Assembly (NCBI GenBank): GCA_030754595.1
Contig: JASLZZ010000053.1
Span: 1-15,464, forward strand
From: Nitrospinota bacterium
Lineage (GTDB): Bacteria > UBA8248
Reading direction: 5' to 3'
DNA: 15,464 bases
In this document: positions 1 through 8,213 of the stretch, piece after piece
Numbering within the stretch: the first letter of the stretch is position 1
How the letters are laid out: each line of letters begins with the position of its first letter
Position numbers and translations under genes: made by a program
The notes under the pieces: model-generated
Seen by the model: the letters and a program-made list of their open reading frames with translations, nothing else
Told to the model about the DNA's origin: nothing
Database searches by the model: none

Positions 1-1
1 G

Positions 2-166
2 GGGTAGTTCGCTCCAGGGAGCCCCGGTCCACAGGATCCACAAGATACCCTCGAAGCACTTGCGGTTATCTGCCCAGGGGCGACCGCCCTTGGGATTAAT
101 CTTCCGGGGCGGGAGATGGGGCTGGATCAGCTTCCACTGCCGATCGGTGAGGCCACGCCATGCCAT
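2..166 (-). CDS. IS5-family transposase, N-terminal part (DUF4096-like), partial
   Basis: Manual translation (not in ORF track): MAWRGLTDRQWKLIQPHLPPRKINPKGGRPWADNRKCFEGILWILWTGAPWSELP. It matches the LTDxQW...GGRP...GILWILxTGxPWxxLP signature and has a GGAGGAG RBS just upstream. Confidence 0.93.
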   Translation of the reverse strand, partial: MAWRGLTDRQWKLIQPHLPPRKINPKGGRPWADNRKCFEGILWILWTGAPWSELP

Positions 167-194
167 GGCTGCACTCCTCCCGGCGGAGAACCAC

Positions 195-223
195 AGCATA
201 CCAAGTCATTTTGAGGTTATGAA
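195..223 (-). promoter_or_regulatory. Putative transposase promoter with -35 inside the IS terminal repeat
   Basis: TTCATA-N17-TATGCT with TGn extension on the minus strand. The -35 lies within the small palindrome GTTAT-TTC-ATAAC (216-228). Confidence 0.5.
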
Positions 224-230
224 ATAACTT

Positions 231-836
231 CTAGGCCTCTTCAAACGCAAAACCGTCAAGGCTTTTATGGCGCGGGCGCGGCGCGAAGTTATGATCAGGA
301 CAGTGATGAAGGATCTCGAGAAAGAATGGAAGCCTTCGGCGAAAGAAGTTAAGGACGAATACGAAAACAACAAGGAAAAATATCAGACGACAGGAAAAGT
401 CACCGCGGCCCATATCATGGTGATGTCGGAAAAAGAAGCCAAGGACCTTCTCGGCAAGTTGGACAAGGACGATGATTTCGCCGAGCTTGCCAAAAAATAC
501 TTCCATGCGCCCGAGCGCCAGAGTGGCGGGAGCCTCGGCGAAATGACGAAGGGCCAACATTTGAAAACCGGACTGCCCGCCATCATCGAAGAGACCGCTT
601 TTATGCTCAAAGCGGGAACCTACAGCGGGGTCATCAAGAGTCAGTTCGGTTGGCACATCGTCAAAACCTCCGGAAAATCCGAATCTCGGCGGCTTCCTTT
701 CGAGGAAGTGCGCGAAGCGATCGAAAAAACCCTGGAGGGAGTCAAGCGAACCAAAAGTTTGAAAAAAATGTTGGGTCAGTTAAGGGAAAATATAAGCTCA
801 AGGCGTACCAGGATCGCCTGCCCTAGCGCAATTTGA
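231..836 (+). pseudogene. PpiC/parvulin-type peptidyl-prolyl cis-trans isomerase (PrsA/SurA-like), 5' part cut off by the IS; probable frameshift near the 3' end
   Basis: Motifs VTAAHIMV, DFAELAKKY, GGSLG, SQFGWHIVK, LPFEEV. The frame is open from the CTAG (LGLFKRKTVKAFMARARREV) with no signal peptide or N-domain. Adding one A in 787-790 gives the more typical ending LREKYKLKAYQDRLP* (TAG 824-826). Confidence 0.8.
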
Positions 837-853
837 TATTGGTTATTGGAGGT

Positions 854-2161
854 TCAGGCGGGTGATTTTTCCGGTTGTTGAACGAGGCTTTTTTGAAGCA
901 CGAGAGCGGCGACGATCGAAATGAATATGAAGAAAATGATGAGCGAGAAGGGCACAACATAGCTTTTTGTGTAGTCGAAGAAAAATCCCGCCAGCGGTGG
1001 ACCGACGACCCCGCCCAAGCCGTAACAAATCTCGGTGAACCCCACAATCACCCCGTAGGTCGGACCCTCGAAGATGTCCCCGCCCATCGCCGAGCCGCAG
1101 GCGCTCATTCCGCCTATCCCGAGACCATAAATCACCACGAAAGCAAATGCCGGAAACAACCCCCCGCCCAGGAAGGGAATCAGAAGCAACAGGATCATCC
1201 CCAGATTGACCAATATTGCCGAAACCGCCGTTCCCCGGCCCCTGCCAATACGGTCGCCCAACCAGCCTCCCGATACGCTCCCGATGGTCCTCAAAAACCC
1301 TACGGCCCCCAACACCAGGGCGGCGGCGGTCATCGAGAAACCCACATCGACGAAGTAAAGCTGAATCTGGCTAATAATGGTATTGTTGTTGAAACCGATA
1401 GCGAAATAGAGAAACATCATCGCCCAAAAGCGGTAGTCGCCTTTCAGGGTGAGAAAAACACTGCGCACGCTTTTGTCCACCGTAGCCTTTTCGGCGGTAT
1501 CCACGACGGCGTTATCGGTTTCCTGGCGCGCCGGAAGACCATCTCTCGCCTGCCCCACATCCTCGGGCCGATCACGCATGATGAGGTAGCTCGCCGGCGT
1601 GATGATAAAAAGAACAATGGCGCCGTAGGCCACATAGGCCAGGCGCCAACCCCACATGTCGATCATTCTTTCGATCATCGGGGAGAGAACCAGAATACCG
1701 ATCCCGATGCCGGAAAGGGTGATACCGGTGGCGCGCCCACGCTTCTGGACAAACCAGCGGGGCATGATCGCCGTGTTGGTGGCGAAACCGTTCAGGGCGA
1801 GTCCGATGCCGCCGACAATGCCGAACAGGAAAAAGATGTGCCAGATGGAGTTAATGAAAAATCCGGCGAGTGAAGCGGCGGCCACAAGGAAACAGCCCCA
1901 AGGCATGATCGCGCGCGGTCCCTTTCTCTCGAGAAGCGAACCAACGTAGGGGGAGGAGACGGCGTAAACGAATAACGCGAGCGAGAATGCGCTGCCAAGG
2001 AGACCTCGGCTCCATCCGAACTCCTGGACGAAAGGGACCGAAAATATGGCAAAAGAGAAGCGATAGACGACCTGAAAAGCCAGCGTCACAAAGCCCAGAC
2101 CGACGATGATCCAGCCGTAATAGAGTCGGGGCGTTGCTTGGGCTTGTGGGGTGGTTGCCAT
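854..2161 (-). CDS. MFS transporter (oxalate:formate antiporter / monocarboxylate-type)
   Basis: About 12 hydrophobic segments with YYGWIIV, FGWSRG, WFVQKRGRATGI, WGWRxAY, GWLGDRIGR motifs. Start chosen at MATTPQ (GGAG upstream); alternative starts exist up to 2299. Confidence 0.9.
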   Translation of the reverse strand: MATTPQAQATPRLYYGWIIVGLGFVTLAFQVVYRFSFAIFSVPFVQEFGWSRGLLGSAFSLALFVYAVSSPYVGSLLERKGPRAIMPWGCFLVAAASLAGFFINSIWHIFFLFGIVGGIGLALNGFATNTAIMPRWFVQKRGRATGITLSGIGIGILVLSPMIERMIDMWGWRLAYVAYGAIVLFIITPASYLIMRDRPEDVGQARDGLPARQETDNAVVDTAEKATVDKSVRSVFLTLKGDYRFWAMMFLYFAIGFNNNTIISQIQLYFVDVGFSMTAAALVLGAVGFLRTIGSVSGGWLGDRIGRGRGTAVSAILVNLGMILLLLIPFLGGGLFPAFAFVVIYGLGIGGMSACGSAMGGDIFEGPTYGVIVGFTEICYGLGGVVGPPLAGFFFDYTKSYVVPFSLIIFFIFISIVAALVLQKSLVQQPEKSPA

Positions 2162-2324
2162 GGCTCTTCGGCTCCGGGCCATAGCCCGGAAAAGCGCCAT
2201 GGATTGGAAGAATTCGAAGATGAAAGATAATGAAATTCGGGAAAACATATCTAATAAAAGCCAAGAACCATCGTAGCGTTTTGAGGCGCCGATCCGCAAT
2301 CCTCGCCGGGGTAAATTCGGCTTT

Positions 2325-3215
2325 CTAAATCCTCGCCTCCCGGAAGGCCATCGCAGTCTGGACGTGGATATCCACGGTGTCCTCGGGATTTTTCGCGTAG
2401 CCTCCGCCGAGGGTTCCCGCGACGGGAACCCCCCGCCTCCGGCATTCGGCGAGAATGAAATCGTCCCGCCGCCGGAGCCCCTCCTTGGAGAGTTTCAGGG
2501 TTCCGAGTTGATCGTTCCCATAGGGATCGGCCCCTGCCTGATAAAGGACAATTTCGGGGCGGTGTACGTCGAGGATTCGCGGAACGTGGTTTTCTATAAC
2601 TTCCATGTAGTCGCGGTCGCCGGTCAGGTCCGACAGGCCGGCGTCTAGATCGCTCCGCTGCTTCGGAGGGTAGATGTTCTCCTGGTGAATCGAAAACGTG
2701 AATACGCTGTCATCGCTCTTGAATATTATCGCTGTCCCGTTTCCTTGATGAAGATCGCAATCGATCACGGTGGCCCTTGAGATGGATCCCTCGGCTTGAA
2801 GCGCCCGGACGGCCACGGCGAGATCGTTGAAATAGCAAAACCCCTCCGCGCAGTCCGGGAAGGCGTGATGAAAGCCGCCCGAAAGATTCAGCGCAAGGCC
2901 CCTCGCCAGCGCTTCGCGGGCGGCGAGAACGGTTCCCCCAACGGCAAGAAACGTCCACCGGACAATCTCCGGCGAAAGAGGAAGCTCGCTCGGGCGAGTG
3001 CGGTAGGTGTGGTTTCCCGAGCGCATGTCCGCAAGGTACTCGGTGGTGTGTACCCGGAGGATATCTTCATCCTTCGCCTCTTCGGGCCGGAGGAATGCGT
3101 CTTCGGGAACGCCCGCCGCCAGCAGGCGTTCGTAGGTCTTGCGGAATTTTTCCACCTGAAGAACGTGACCGTAAAGATCGGCGTAATAGCCTGGATGAAA
3201 AACGAAGGCAGCCAC
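2325..3215 (-). CDS. Zn-dependent histone deacetylase family protein (class IV/HDAC11-like)
   Basis: GGFHHA, GFCYFND, DCDLHQGNG, GADPY and GGGY motifs are all intact. The GTG start overlaps the upstream TAG (TAGTG). Confidence 0.93.
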   Translation of the reverse strand: MAAFVFHPGYYADLYGHVLQVEKFRKTYERLLAAGVPEDAFLRPEEAKDEDILRVHTTEYLADMRSGNHTYRTRPSELPLSPEIVRWTFLAVGGTVLAAREALARGLALNLSGGFHHAFPDCAEGFCYFNDLAVAVRALQAEGSISRATVIDCDLHQGNGTAIIFKSDDSVFTFSIHQENIYPPKQRSDLDAGLSDLTGDRDYMEVIENHVPRILDVHRPEIVLYQAGADPYGNDQLGTLKLSKEGLRRRDDFILAECRRRGVPVAGTLGGGYAKNPEDTVDIHVQTAMAFREARI

Positions 3216-4414
3216 TAGACGGCTCCGATCTCCCGTAGGCGGTCGATATCGCTTTCGGTATAGCCAAGATTTTCTAGAATTTCTTGGGTGTGCTTACCTT
3301 TGGGGGGGCCTGGCCAACGAATGTGGCCGGGCGTTCCCTTCATGTTCGGGATCGGCCCCTGAAACCGGATGGGGCCGAGTTCCTCGTCTTCCATTTTGAT
3401 AAAAGTGCCCCGGTGGCGGACCTGCGGATCTTCGAGAAGTTGTTCGATGTCGTAGACGGGGCCGAGCGCGCCTTCGTAATTTTGAAAATGCCTGACGGTT
3501 TCCTCCAAGGTGTGTTCTCCGATCCAGCCTTGGAGCGCTTCGTCGAGCTCGACCACATTGGCAACGCGCCCCTCTTGGGTCTGCATGCGTGGGTCTTCGG
3601 CCAGATCGTCCCGGCCAATGGCGCTCATGATGCGTCTGAAGATGCTCTCCGCGCTCGCGGAAAGAACGACAAATCGCCCGTCCTTGCAGCGGTAGGTGTT
3701 TCGGGGCGCTACAAAAGGGATTGCGTTGCCGGTGCGGGTCTGAATGGTACCGAGTTGATCGTACATGAGCGACTGCGGCCCAAGGATGGTGGTCATCGGC
3801 TCGTAAATGGCGAGATCGATCTCCTGGCCCGGCGCGCCGTGAACGTCGCGGTGGTAGAGGGCCATCATGACTGCGTAGGTGCCGCACATCGCGCATATTC
3901 CGTCGGCCAGCGCGAAAGCGGGCAGAGTCGGCGGGCCGTCCGGAGAGCCGGTGATGTGAGCAAATCCGCTCATCGCCTCGGCGAGGGTGCCGAAACCCGG
4001 CCGCTTGGCGTAGGGCCCTTCCTGGCCGAAGCCGCTCGTTCTCATCAGGACTAGCCTCGGGTTCAGCGTGTGAAGCGCCTCCCAGCCCAGGCCCCATTTT
4101 TCAAGCGTTCCGGGCCGAAAGTTCTCGACGAGGACATCCGCCCCCTCGCAAAGTTTATTGAGAATTTCGAGGCCCTCTGGTTTCGAAATGTCACATGTAA
4201 TTGATTTTTTGCCCCGCCCGGCCATTTTCCACCATAATGAAACCCCGTCCTTGAGTGGTGCGAAGTTGCGGAGCGAATCCCCCCGGGGGTGCTCGATCTT
4301 GATCACCTCCGCCCCGAAGTCGGCCATGTAGGTGGCGATCCAGGGCCCGGCGAACAGGGTGCCGATGTCAACGACGGTGACGCCTTCGAGGGATTGTTTG
4401 CTCGAACCGGCCAT
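3215..4414 (-). CDS. Family III CoA-transferase (CaiB/BaiF)
   Basis: FGAEVIKIE, ADVLVENFRPGTLEKWGLG, SGFGQEGPY and ALADG (catalytic Asp) motifs. The start at MAGSSK has an AGGAG RBS and gives 399 aa. Confidence 0.95.
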   Translation of the reverse strand: MAGSSKQSLEGVTVVDIGTLFAGPWIATYMADFGAEVIKIEHPRGDSLRNFAPLKDGVSLWWKMAGRGKKSITCDISKPEGLEILNKLCEGADVLVENFRPGTLEKWGLGWEALHTLNPRLVLMRTSGFGQEGPYAKRPGFGTLAEAMSGFAHITGSPDGPPTLPAFALADGICAMCGTYAVMMALYHRDVHGAPGQEIDLAIYEPMTTILGPQSLMYDQLGTIQTRTGNAIPFVAPRNTYRCKDGRFVVLSASAESIFRRIMSAIGRDDLAEDPRMQTQEGRVANVVELDEALQGWIGEHTLEETVRHFQNYEGALGPVYDIEQLLEDPQVRHRGTFIKMEDEELGPIRFQGPIPNMKGTPGHIRWPGPPKGKHTQEILENLGYTESDIDRLREIGAV

Positions 4415-4488
4415 ATGCGAAGCACTCCTGTCGTGGTCCGGGTTTCGTGGACCGGGGGTGGCGGAAGGCTCAGGATTCACGATTGCGT

Positions 4489-4517
4489 ATGGTAGCAAGC
4501 CCCTTGGCGGCCATCAA
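4489..4517 (-). promoter_or_regulatory. Putative sigma70 promoter for the CoA-transferase/HDAC unit
   Basis: TTGATG-N17-TACCAT with TGn extended -10 on the minus strand. Confidence 0.55.
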
Positions 4518-4637
4518 CGATTGAGTCTTCCGGACATAGACTTGAGTGATGGGAGTTGGGATACTTTTCTTTCGAAGGATATCGCCGTCAGACTTCGGCG
4601 GGCCGCGCCGGTCCTCCCGATGAGAGGAATTTAAAGA

Positions 4638-5735
4638 ATGCCCCGAATAATAAAAATCGTTCTCTGTGCTTTCTTTTTGTTTGCTCCCGCCCATATCAAT
4701 CTTCCGGGCTCAGGGCCGGACGGAGTCCGCTGGGCGACGGATAATGCCGAGGCCCGCTTCGGTCGGATGAGGAGCTTCGGGTTCCGGGGCTCGCGGGGCA
4801 TGTTCCGCTCCCGGCGGTCATTCGGCGGCTTCAGCCGCAGGAGGAGCTACGGTTCTTCCCGATCCCGGCTGGGTTCTCGGACTTCGGGTTTCAGGCGCAG
4901 ATCGCTTTTCGGCGGCGGCTTCGGCGGCTTCGGCGGCGGCTTCATGGGCGGCATGGCCGGAATGTTCCTCGGCGGGATGGTCGGCCGGATGCTCTTCGGC
5001 GGGATGGGCTACGGCGGAGGATACGGTGGAGGCGGAGGAATCGGGCTGCTTGAGATAATTCTTATTGGCGGCGGTATTTTTCTTCTAATGCGCTACCTCA
5101 GAAACCGGCAGGCCCCCGCCTACAGTGGAAACTACGGCGGATCGTCCCATTCGGGAGGCGATCCCTACGGCGTGGAGGGTTCTTACGACAGGAGTGAGTC
5201 CCCGGGCGGTGTCTACCGAGGGCCCGACATCGGCTCGGGCTATGGGCGCGGCTCAGGGCCGGTGGCGGCGACCTATGCCGCGGACTCTCGTGCCGAAGAG
5301 GGCCTGCCCGGCATCAAATCCTCGGACGGCTCATTTTCCCGCGAGAATTTCTTGCTCGATGTGCGCGAAACATTCATGCGCTTTCAGGACGCCTGGGTGG
5401 CGCGTGATCTTTCGCCGATGCGCGATTTGCTCGACAGCGACATTTATGATCAGTGCCAACGCGATCTGGACAAGCTCAAGAGCAAGGGCCGCGTAAACAA
5501 GCTCGAGAATCTCGAAATTCTCCGTCTCGAGATCGCCGAAAACTGGCAGGAGGAGGGACACGATTTCATTACCGTGACCTACGAGGCGAGCCTGCTCGAT
5601 TATGTAGTTTCGGAATCAAGCGGCGAAGTGTTGGAGGGAAATCCCTCCGAGCCCGTCCGGTTCACTGAGCACTGGACTTGGGTGCGTCCCTCGGGTCCGG
5701 GCCGCTGGTTCCTCTCCGCGATCAGCCAAGCATAA
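4638..5735 (+). CDS. Tim44-domain membrane protein with Gly/Arg-rich N-terminal region
   Basis: Signal-like N-terminus, AEAR...SFGxRGSR motif, Gly-rich hydrophobic hairpin, and a C-terminal Tim44-like domain (FQDAW...DFITVTYEASLLDY...FTEHWTWVR...WFLSAISQ). GAGG RBS. Confidence 0.9.
   Translation: MPRIIKIVLCAFFLFAPAHINLPGSGPDGVRWATDNAEARFGRMRSFGFRGSRGMFRSRRSFGGFSRRRSYGSSRSRLGSRTSGFRRRSLFGGGFGGFGGGFMGGMAGMFLGGMVGRMLFGGMGYGGGYGGGGGIGLLEIILIGGGIFLLMRYLRNRQAPAYSGNYGGSSHSGGDPYGVEGSYDRSESPGGVYRGPDIGSGYGRGSGPVAATYAADSRAEEGLPGIKSSDGSFSRENFLLDVRETFMRFQDAWVARDLSPMRDLLDSDIYDQCQRDLDKLKSKGRVNKLENLEILRLEIAENWQEEGHDFITVTYEASLLDYVVSESSGEVLEGNPSEPVRFTEHWTWVRPSGPGRWFLSAISQA
4908..4943 (+). repeat. In-frame TTCGGCGGC(GGC) tandem repeat encoding FGGGFGGFGGGF
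   Basis: Directly visible inside the Tim44 gene. Confidence 0.7.
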
Positions 5736-5747
5736 GAAAGAGAAAGG

Positions 5748-6125
5748 CTATTCCTCGGTGGGGGTATCTTCCTCTCCGTACTTCTTGCCGCCCTCCCAGT
5801 CCTTGAGCGACCACCAGAGGTAGAGAATTCCGCCCAGGATGGCGGTCATTACTACCGCGAAACCGACGAGAAGATAAAACGACAGCCCGCCGCGGTAGGC
5901 CTGCCCGGCGCCTGGCCGGAGGGCGGTTTCGCCGGAGGGCTGGAGGGATTCACCGACGGAAGGCCGGTGAGCGGGAGCGGAAGAAGCTGCCCTCTCCGCC
6001 ATAATTGCTTGCTCGGCTTCGAACTTCGTGTAGCCGTAGTAGATCAGCGCGCTGATCGCGGCGACGATCAACATCGTGCAGATGGGCCACTTGAGCCCGA
6101 CACCGGTTTCTTTCTCCCCGCTCAT
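5748..6125 (-). CDS. Hypothetical 125-aa membrane protein, two predicted TM helices
   Basis: ATG at 6125 overlaps the LLM stop (ATGA). Hydrophobic segments are WPICTMLIVAAISALIYYGY and LSFYLLVGFAVVMTAILGGILYLWWSL, with an acidic C-tail. Confidence 0.7.
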   Translation of the reverse strand: MSGEKETGVGLKWPICTMLIVAAISALIYYGYTKFEAEQAIMAERAASSAPAHRPSVGESLQPSGETALRPGAGQAYRGGLSFYLLVGFAVVMTAILGGILYLWWSLKDWEGGKKYGEEDTPTEE

Positions 6126-7081
6126 TTTCTTACCTTTGGGATAATTTCCTCCGCCAGCAGGGTCATCTGATCCATGTCCGACTCCGGCGCGCCCACCGGC
6201 CGGAGGATGAAGTGTGACGCCCCGGCCTCGGTGAACGCTTCGAGTTGTTCGGCGCAACGGGCCGGCGGCCCGTGAATCAGGTACTTTTCGGCGATGCCCT
6301 CGAAATTCATGTTGTAGCGCCGTGTGAGGTATCCCGTCCCGGTTTTGAGGGCGCGATCCTCATCGTCATCAATGTAGATAAAGGCATGGTGCGCCGCTGT
6401 CCACCCGCCACCTGAAATCGGAAGCTCACGCCTCGCCTTTTCGGCCATTTCTTGGATTTGTTTCATTCCATCGGCGAACCGTTTGGCGGTGAACAGATAG
6501 GACACGTATCCGTCGCCCAGCAGGGCGGCGCGCTTCCGGGCGGCGTCGCTCCGCCCGCCGATCCAGATGGGCGGGCCGCCCGGAGTGGCGGGCGGCGGGC
6601 TCTGTATGGTCTCTTCGAACGACCAAAACCGGCCTTCATGGCAGATCGGTTTTCCGCTCCAGAGCTTTCGGATGATTTCGATAGCCTCGTCGGTCCGCGC
6701 GCCGCGCTCTTTTAGCGAAACGCCGCAGAGATCGAATTCCTCCTTTCCCTCCCCGCCGACTCCGACTCCGAAAACGAATCGGTCCCCGCCCGAGAGAAAA
6801 TCCACCGTCGCTGCGGTCTTGGCGGCGACTCCGGGGGTGCGCAGGGGGAGAAGGTAGACCGAGGTTCCGATGGTGAGGCGGGTGGTGCGCGCTGCGAAGG
6901 CCGCCAGCGTCGTCAGGCTCTCGGTAAAGTGGCCGCCGTGGAAGGCGATGTGATCCCCGATCCAGAGCGAATCGAACCCGAGGGCCTCGACGGCCTCGGC
7001 GGTGGAAAACATCGCCTCCGGCGGAGAGGGGCGGTCGGGGTGCATCCCCCAAGTGATTCCAAACCGGATGGGTGGCGCCAT
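6122..7081 (-). CDS. LLM-class (luciferase-like) flavin/F420-dependent oxidoreductase
   Basis: LGFDSLWIGDH, LAAFAARTTRLTIGTSV, GVGVGG..EEF, RGARTDEAI and PPIWIGG motifs. AAGGA RBS. Confidence 0.93.
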   Translation of the reverse strand: MAPPIRFGITWGMHPDRPSPPEAMFSTAEAVEALGFDSLWIGDHIAFHGGHFTESLTTLAAFAARTTRLTIGTSVYLLPLRTPGVAAKTAATVDFLSGGDRFVFGVGVGGEGKEEFDLCGVSLKERGARTDEAIEIIRKLWSGKPICHEGRFWSFEETIQSPPPATPGGPPIWIGGRSDAARKRAALLGDGYVSYLFTAKRFADGMKQIQEMAEKARRELPISGGGWTAAHHAFIYIDDDEDRALKTGTGYLTRRYNMNFEGIAEKYLIHGPPARCAEQLEAFTEAGASHFILRPVGAPESDMDQMTLLAEEIIPKVRK

Positions 7082-7172
7082 TATTAGTCCTTTTCGTTTG
7101 GCCGCGTGCGGGAATCTGGCCTATTCGCTCCTGGCGGTGAACCCGGCCGCCGGGATTTTACCACGCCGGTTG

Positions 7173-7200
7173 ATTATCGGATCCTCGGTCCTAGCTGCAA
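7173..7200 (-). promoter_or_regulatory. Possible sigma70 promoter for the LLM gene
   Basis: TTGCAG-N16-GATAAT on the minus strand. Confidence 0.35.
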
Positions 7201-7307
7201 TTTTCAACCAAGGGTCCTTCCTGTGCGTCAAGAAAGCTGGTTCCGGGCGTCAGCCAGCCCCCCGGATTTGAGAGATCCTCGATTGGCCGTGCCGGGCGGA
7301 TCGCATG

Positions 7308-7320
7308 TAAGTCATTGTAA
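7308..7320. promoter_or_regulatory. IHF-like site upstream of the sigma54 promoter
   Basis: TAAGTCATTGTAA compared with the consensus YAANNNNTTGATW, in an AT-rich patch about 55-67 nt upstream of the predicted start site. Confidence 0.4.
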
Positions 7321-7348
7321 ACAAATCGAATGTAATTTTTTGATGATT

Positions 7349-7363
7349 TGGCACCGATCATGC
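7349..7363 (+). promoter_or_regulatory. sigma54 (-24/-12) promoter
   Basis: TGGCACCGATCATGC: GG(7350-51)-N10-GC(7362-63) with TGGCAC intact, compared with the consensus TGGCACG-N4-TTGC. Confidence 0.7.
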
Positions 7364-7420
7364 CCTACCAGGGTTAGGTAGATGCGGAATCTTGTAGAAC
7401 AACCCTCGGGAGAGTGAATA

Positions 7421-7675
7421 ATGGTTGAAACCCGCATGGATGTGATGATTTCCAGGCTTACGGCCCAATCGCAACCCATTAGCAATCGCCCGAGGCAGAC
7501 CGCCAGCGAACAGGTTGTCCAGGCGCGGCCTGCCGAGGGCGCCCGATCCGTCGAGACCGATATCGCCAGAATCTTCGCCAAACAGGCGTTTCAGGCGACC
7601 TCCTCCACGGGGACCAAGCCCGCCGCATCCCCCAAAGAGGAGCCGCGCGGAGGTCATCTGGACATTCTCACCTAG
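7421..7675 (+). CDS. Hypothetical 84-aa low-complexity protein ending RGGHLDILT (YjfB/FlaG-like C-terminal motif)
   Basis: GGGAGAG RBS, located just downstream of the sigma54 promoter, with a C-terminal Gxxh(D/N)hxh-type motif. Confidence 0.75.
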   Translation: MVETRMDVMISRLTAQSQPISNRPRQTASEQVVQARPAEGARSVETDIARIFAKQAFQATSSTGTKPAASPKEEPRGGHLDILT

Positions 7676-7793
7676 TTTTTTCGCGGCATCCCCCACCGCA
7701 TCGCCGGTAATTGGCCGGTGACAGGCGGAATATGCTAATCTCCCCTTGTGGCCGGGTGGTTTCCGGCCGCGCTTCCGGGGGAGGATTAGCCAG

Positions 7794-8045
7794 ATGATCG
7801 ATGCAGTCGGATCCGTTTTGCCGCCCGCCTTGCGGCCCAAGCTCACCGCGCCTCCCGAGACGCCTCCGGCACAGTTCCAGGTTATCAGCAAGGTTTCTCA
7901 AATTGACGTGGCCAGCCAGCGCGCGGCAAGTATTCTCTCCCGAATCAGCTCCCCGCAAGAAGAATAAAAACCACCACCGGTCTCTGGCGACGATTACCCA
8001 AAGGTCGAAGTCTCCAGGGGCAAGGCGGTAAACGTCACGACCTGA
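7794..8045 (+). pseudogene. Second small protein (83 codons) ending RGKAVNVTT, interrupted by an in-frame TAA at 7965-7967
   Basis: GGAGG RBS and ATG at 7794: MIDAVGSVLP...SSPQEE*KPPPVSGDDYPKVEVSRGKAVNVTT* (TGA 8043-8045). The post-stop segment is in frame and ends in the same motif as the upstream protein. Confidence 0.7.
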
Positions 8046-8213
8046 CTCACCCCGCGTTTATATCCTTTCGATTCGCCTCACAGGTTTCACTTGAACGAAA
8101 GTTCCGTGTAGTCTCTTGCCGTCTGCGGGGGGACTGATATTTGAAAATGTCCCTGCCGATTAAAAATAGAGCGCTTCCCGTGTGCGGGGAACGCCGTACC
8201 GAAGGAGCATCAG

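Larger units (their letters stand above)
1..234 (-). mobile_element. IS5-family insertion sequence (IS427/IS1031-like group), left end; element continues beyond window start
   Basis: Transposase N-terminus on the minus strand. The terminus reads CTAG-AAGTTATTTCATAACCTC on the minus strand (CTAG at 231-234 is a typical IS5-family target), and the flanking PPIase reading frame breaks at this point. Confidence 0.85.

Noticed and set aside
875..1873. 332-aa plus-strand ORF, and similar long ORFs such as 3284-4054, 3294-4097, 8997-9749, 9472-10296 and 10197-10790
   Set aside because: Antisense or alternate-frame shadows of well-supported genes in GC-rich DNA, with no family motifs.
7711..7726. 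Second GG-N10-GC (TTGGCCGGTGACAGGC) before the second small gene
   Set aside because: Lacks the CAC and TT context; too weak in GC-rich DNA to call a sigma54 promoter.
8136..8162. GCCGATTA resembling a sigma28 -10 box upstream of DUF1015
   Set aside because: No TAAA/TCAAG-type -35 at the right spacing.
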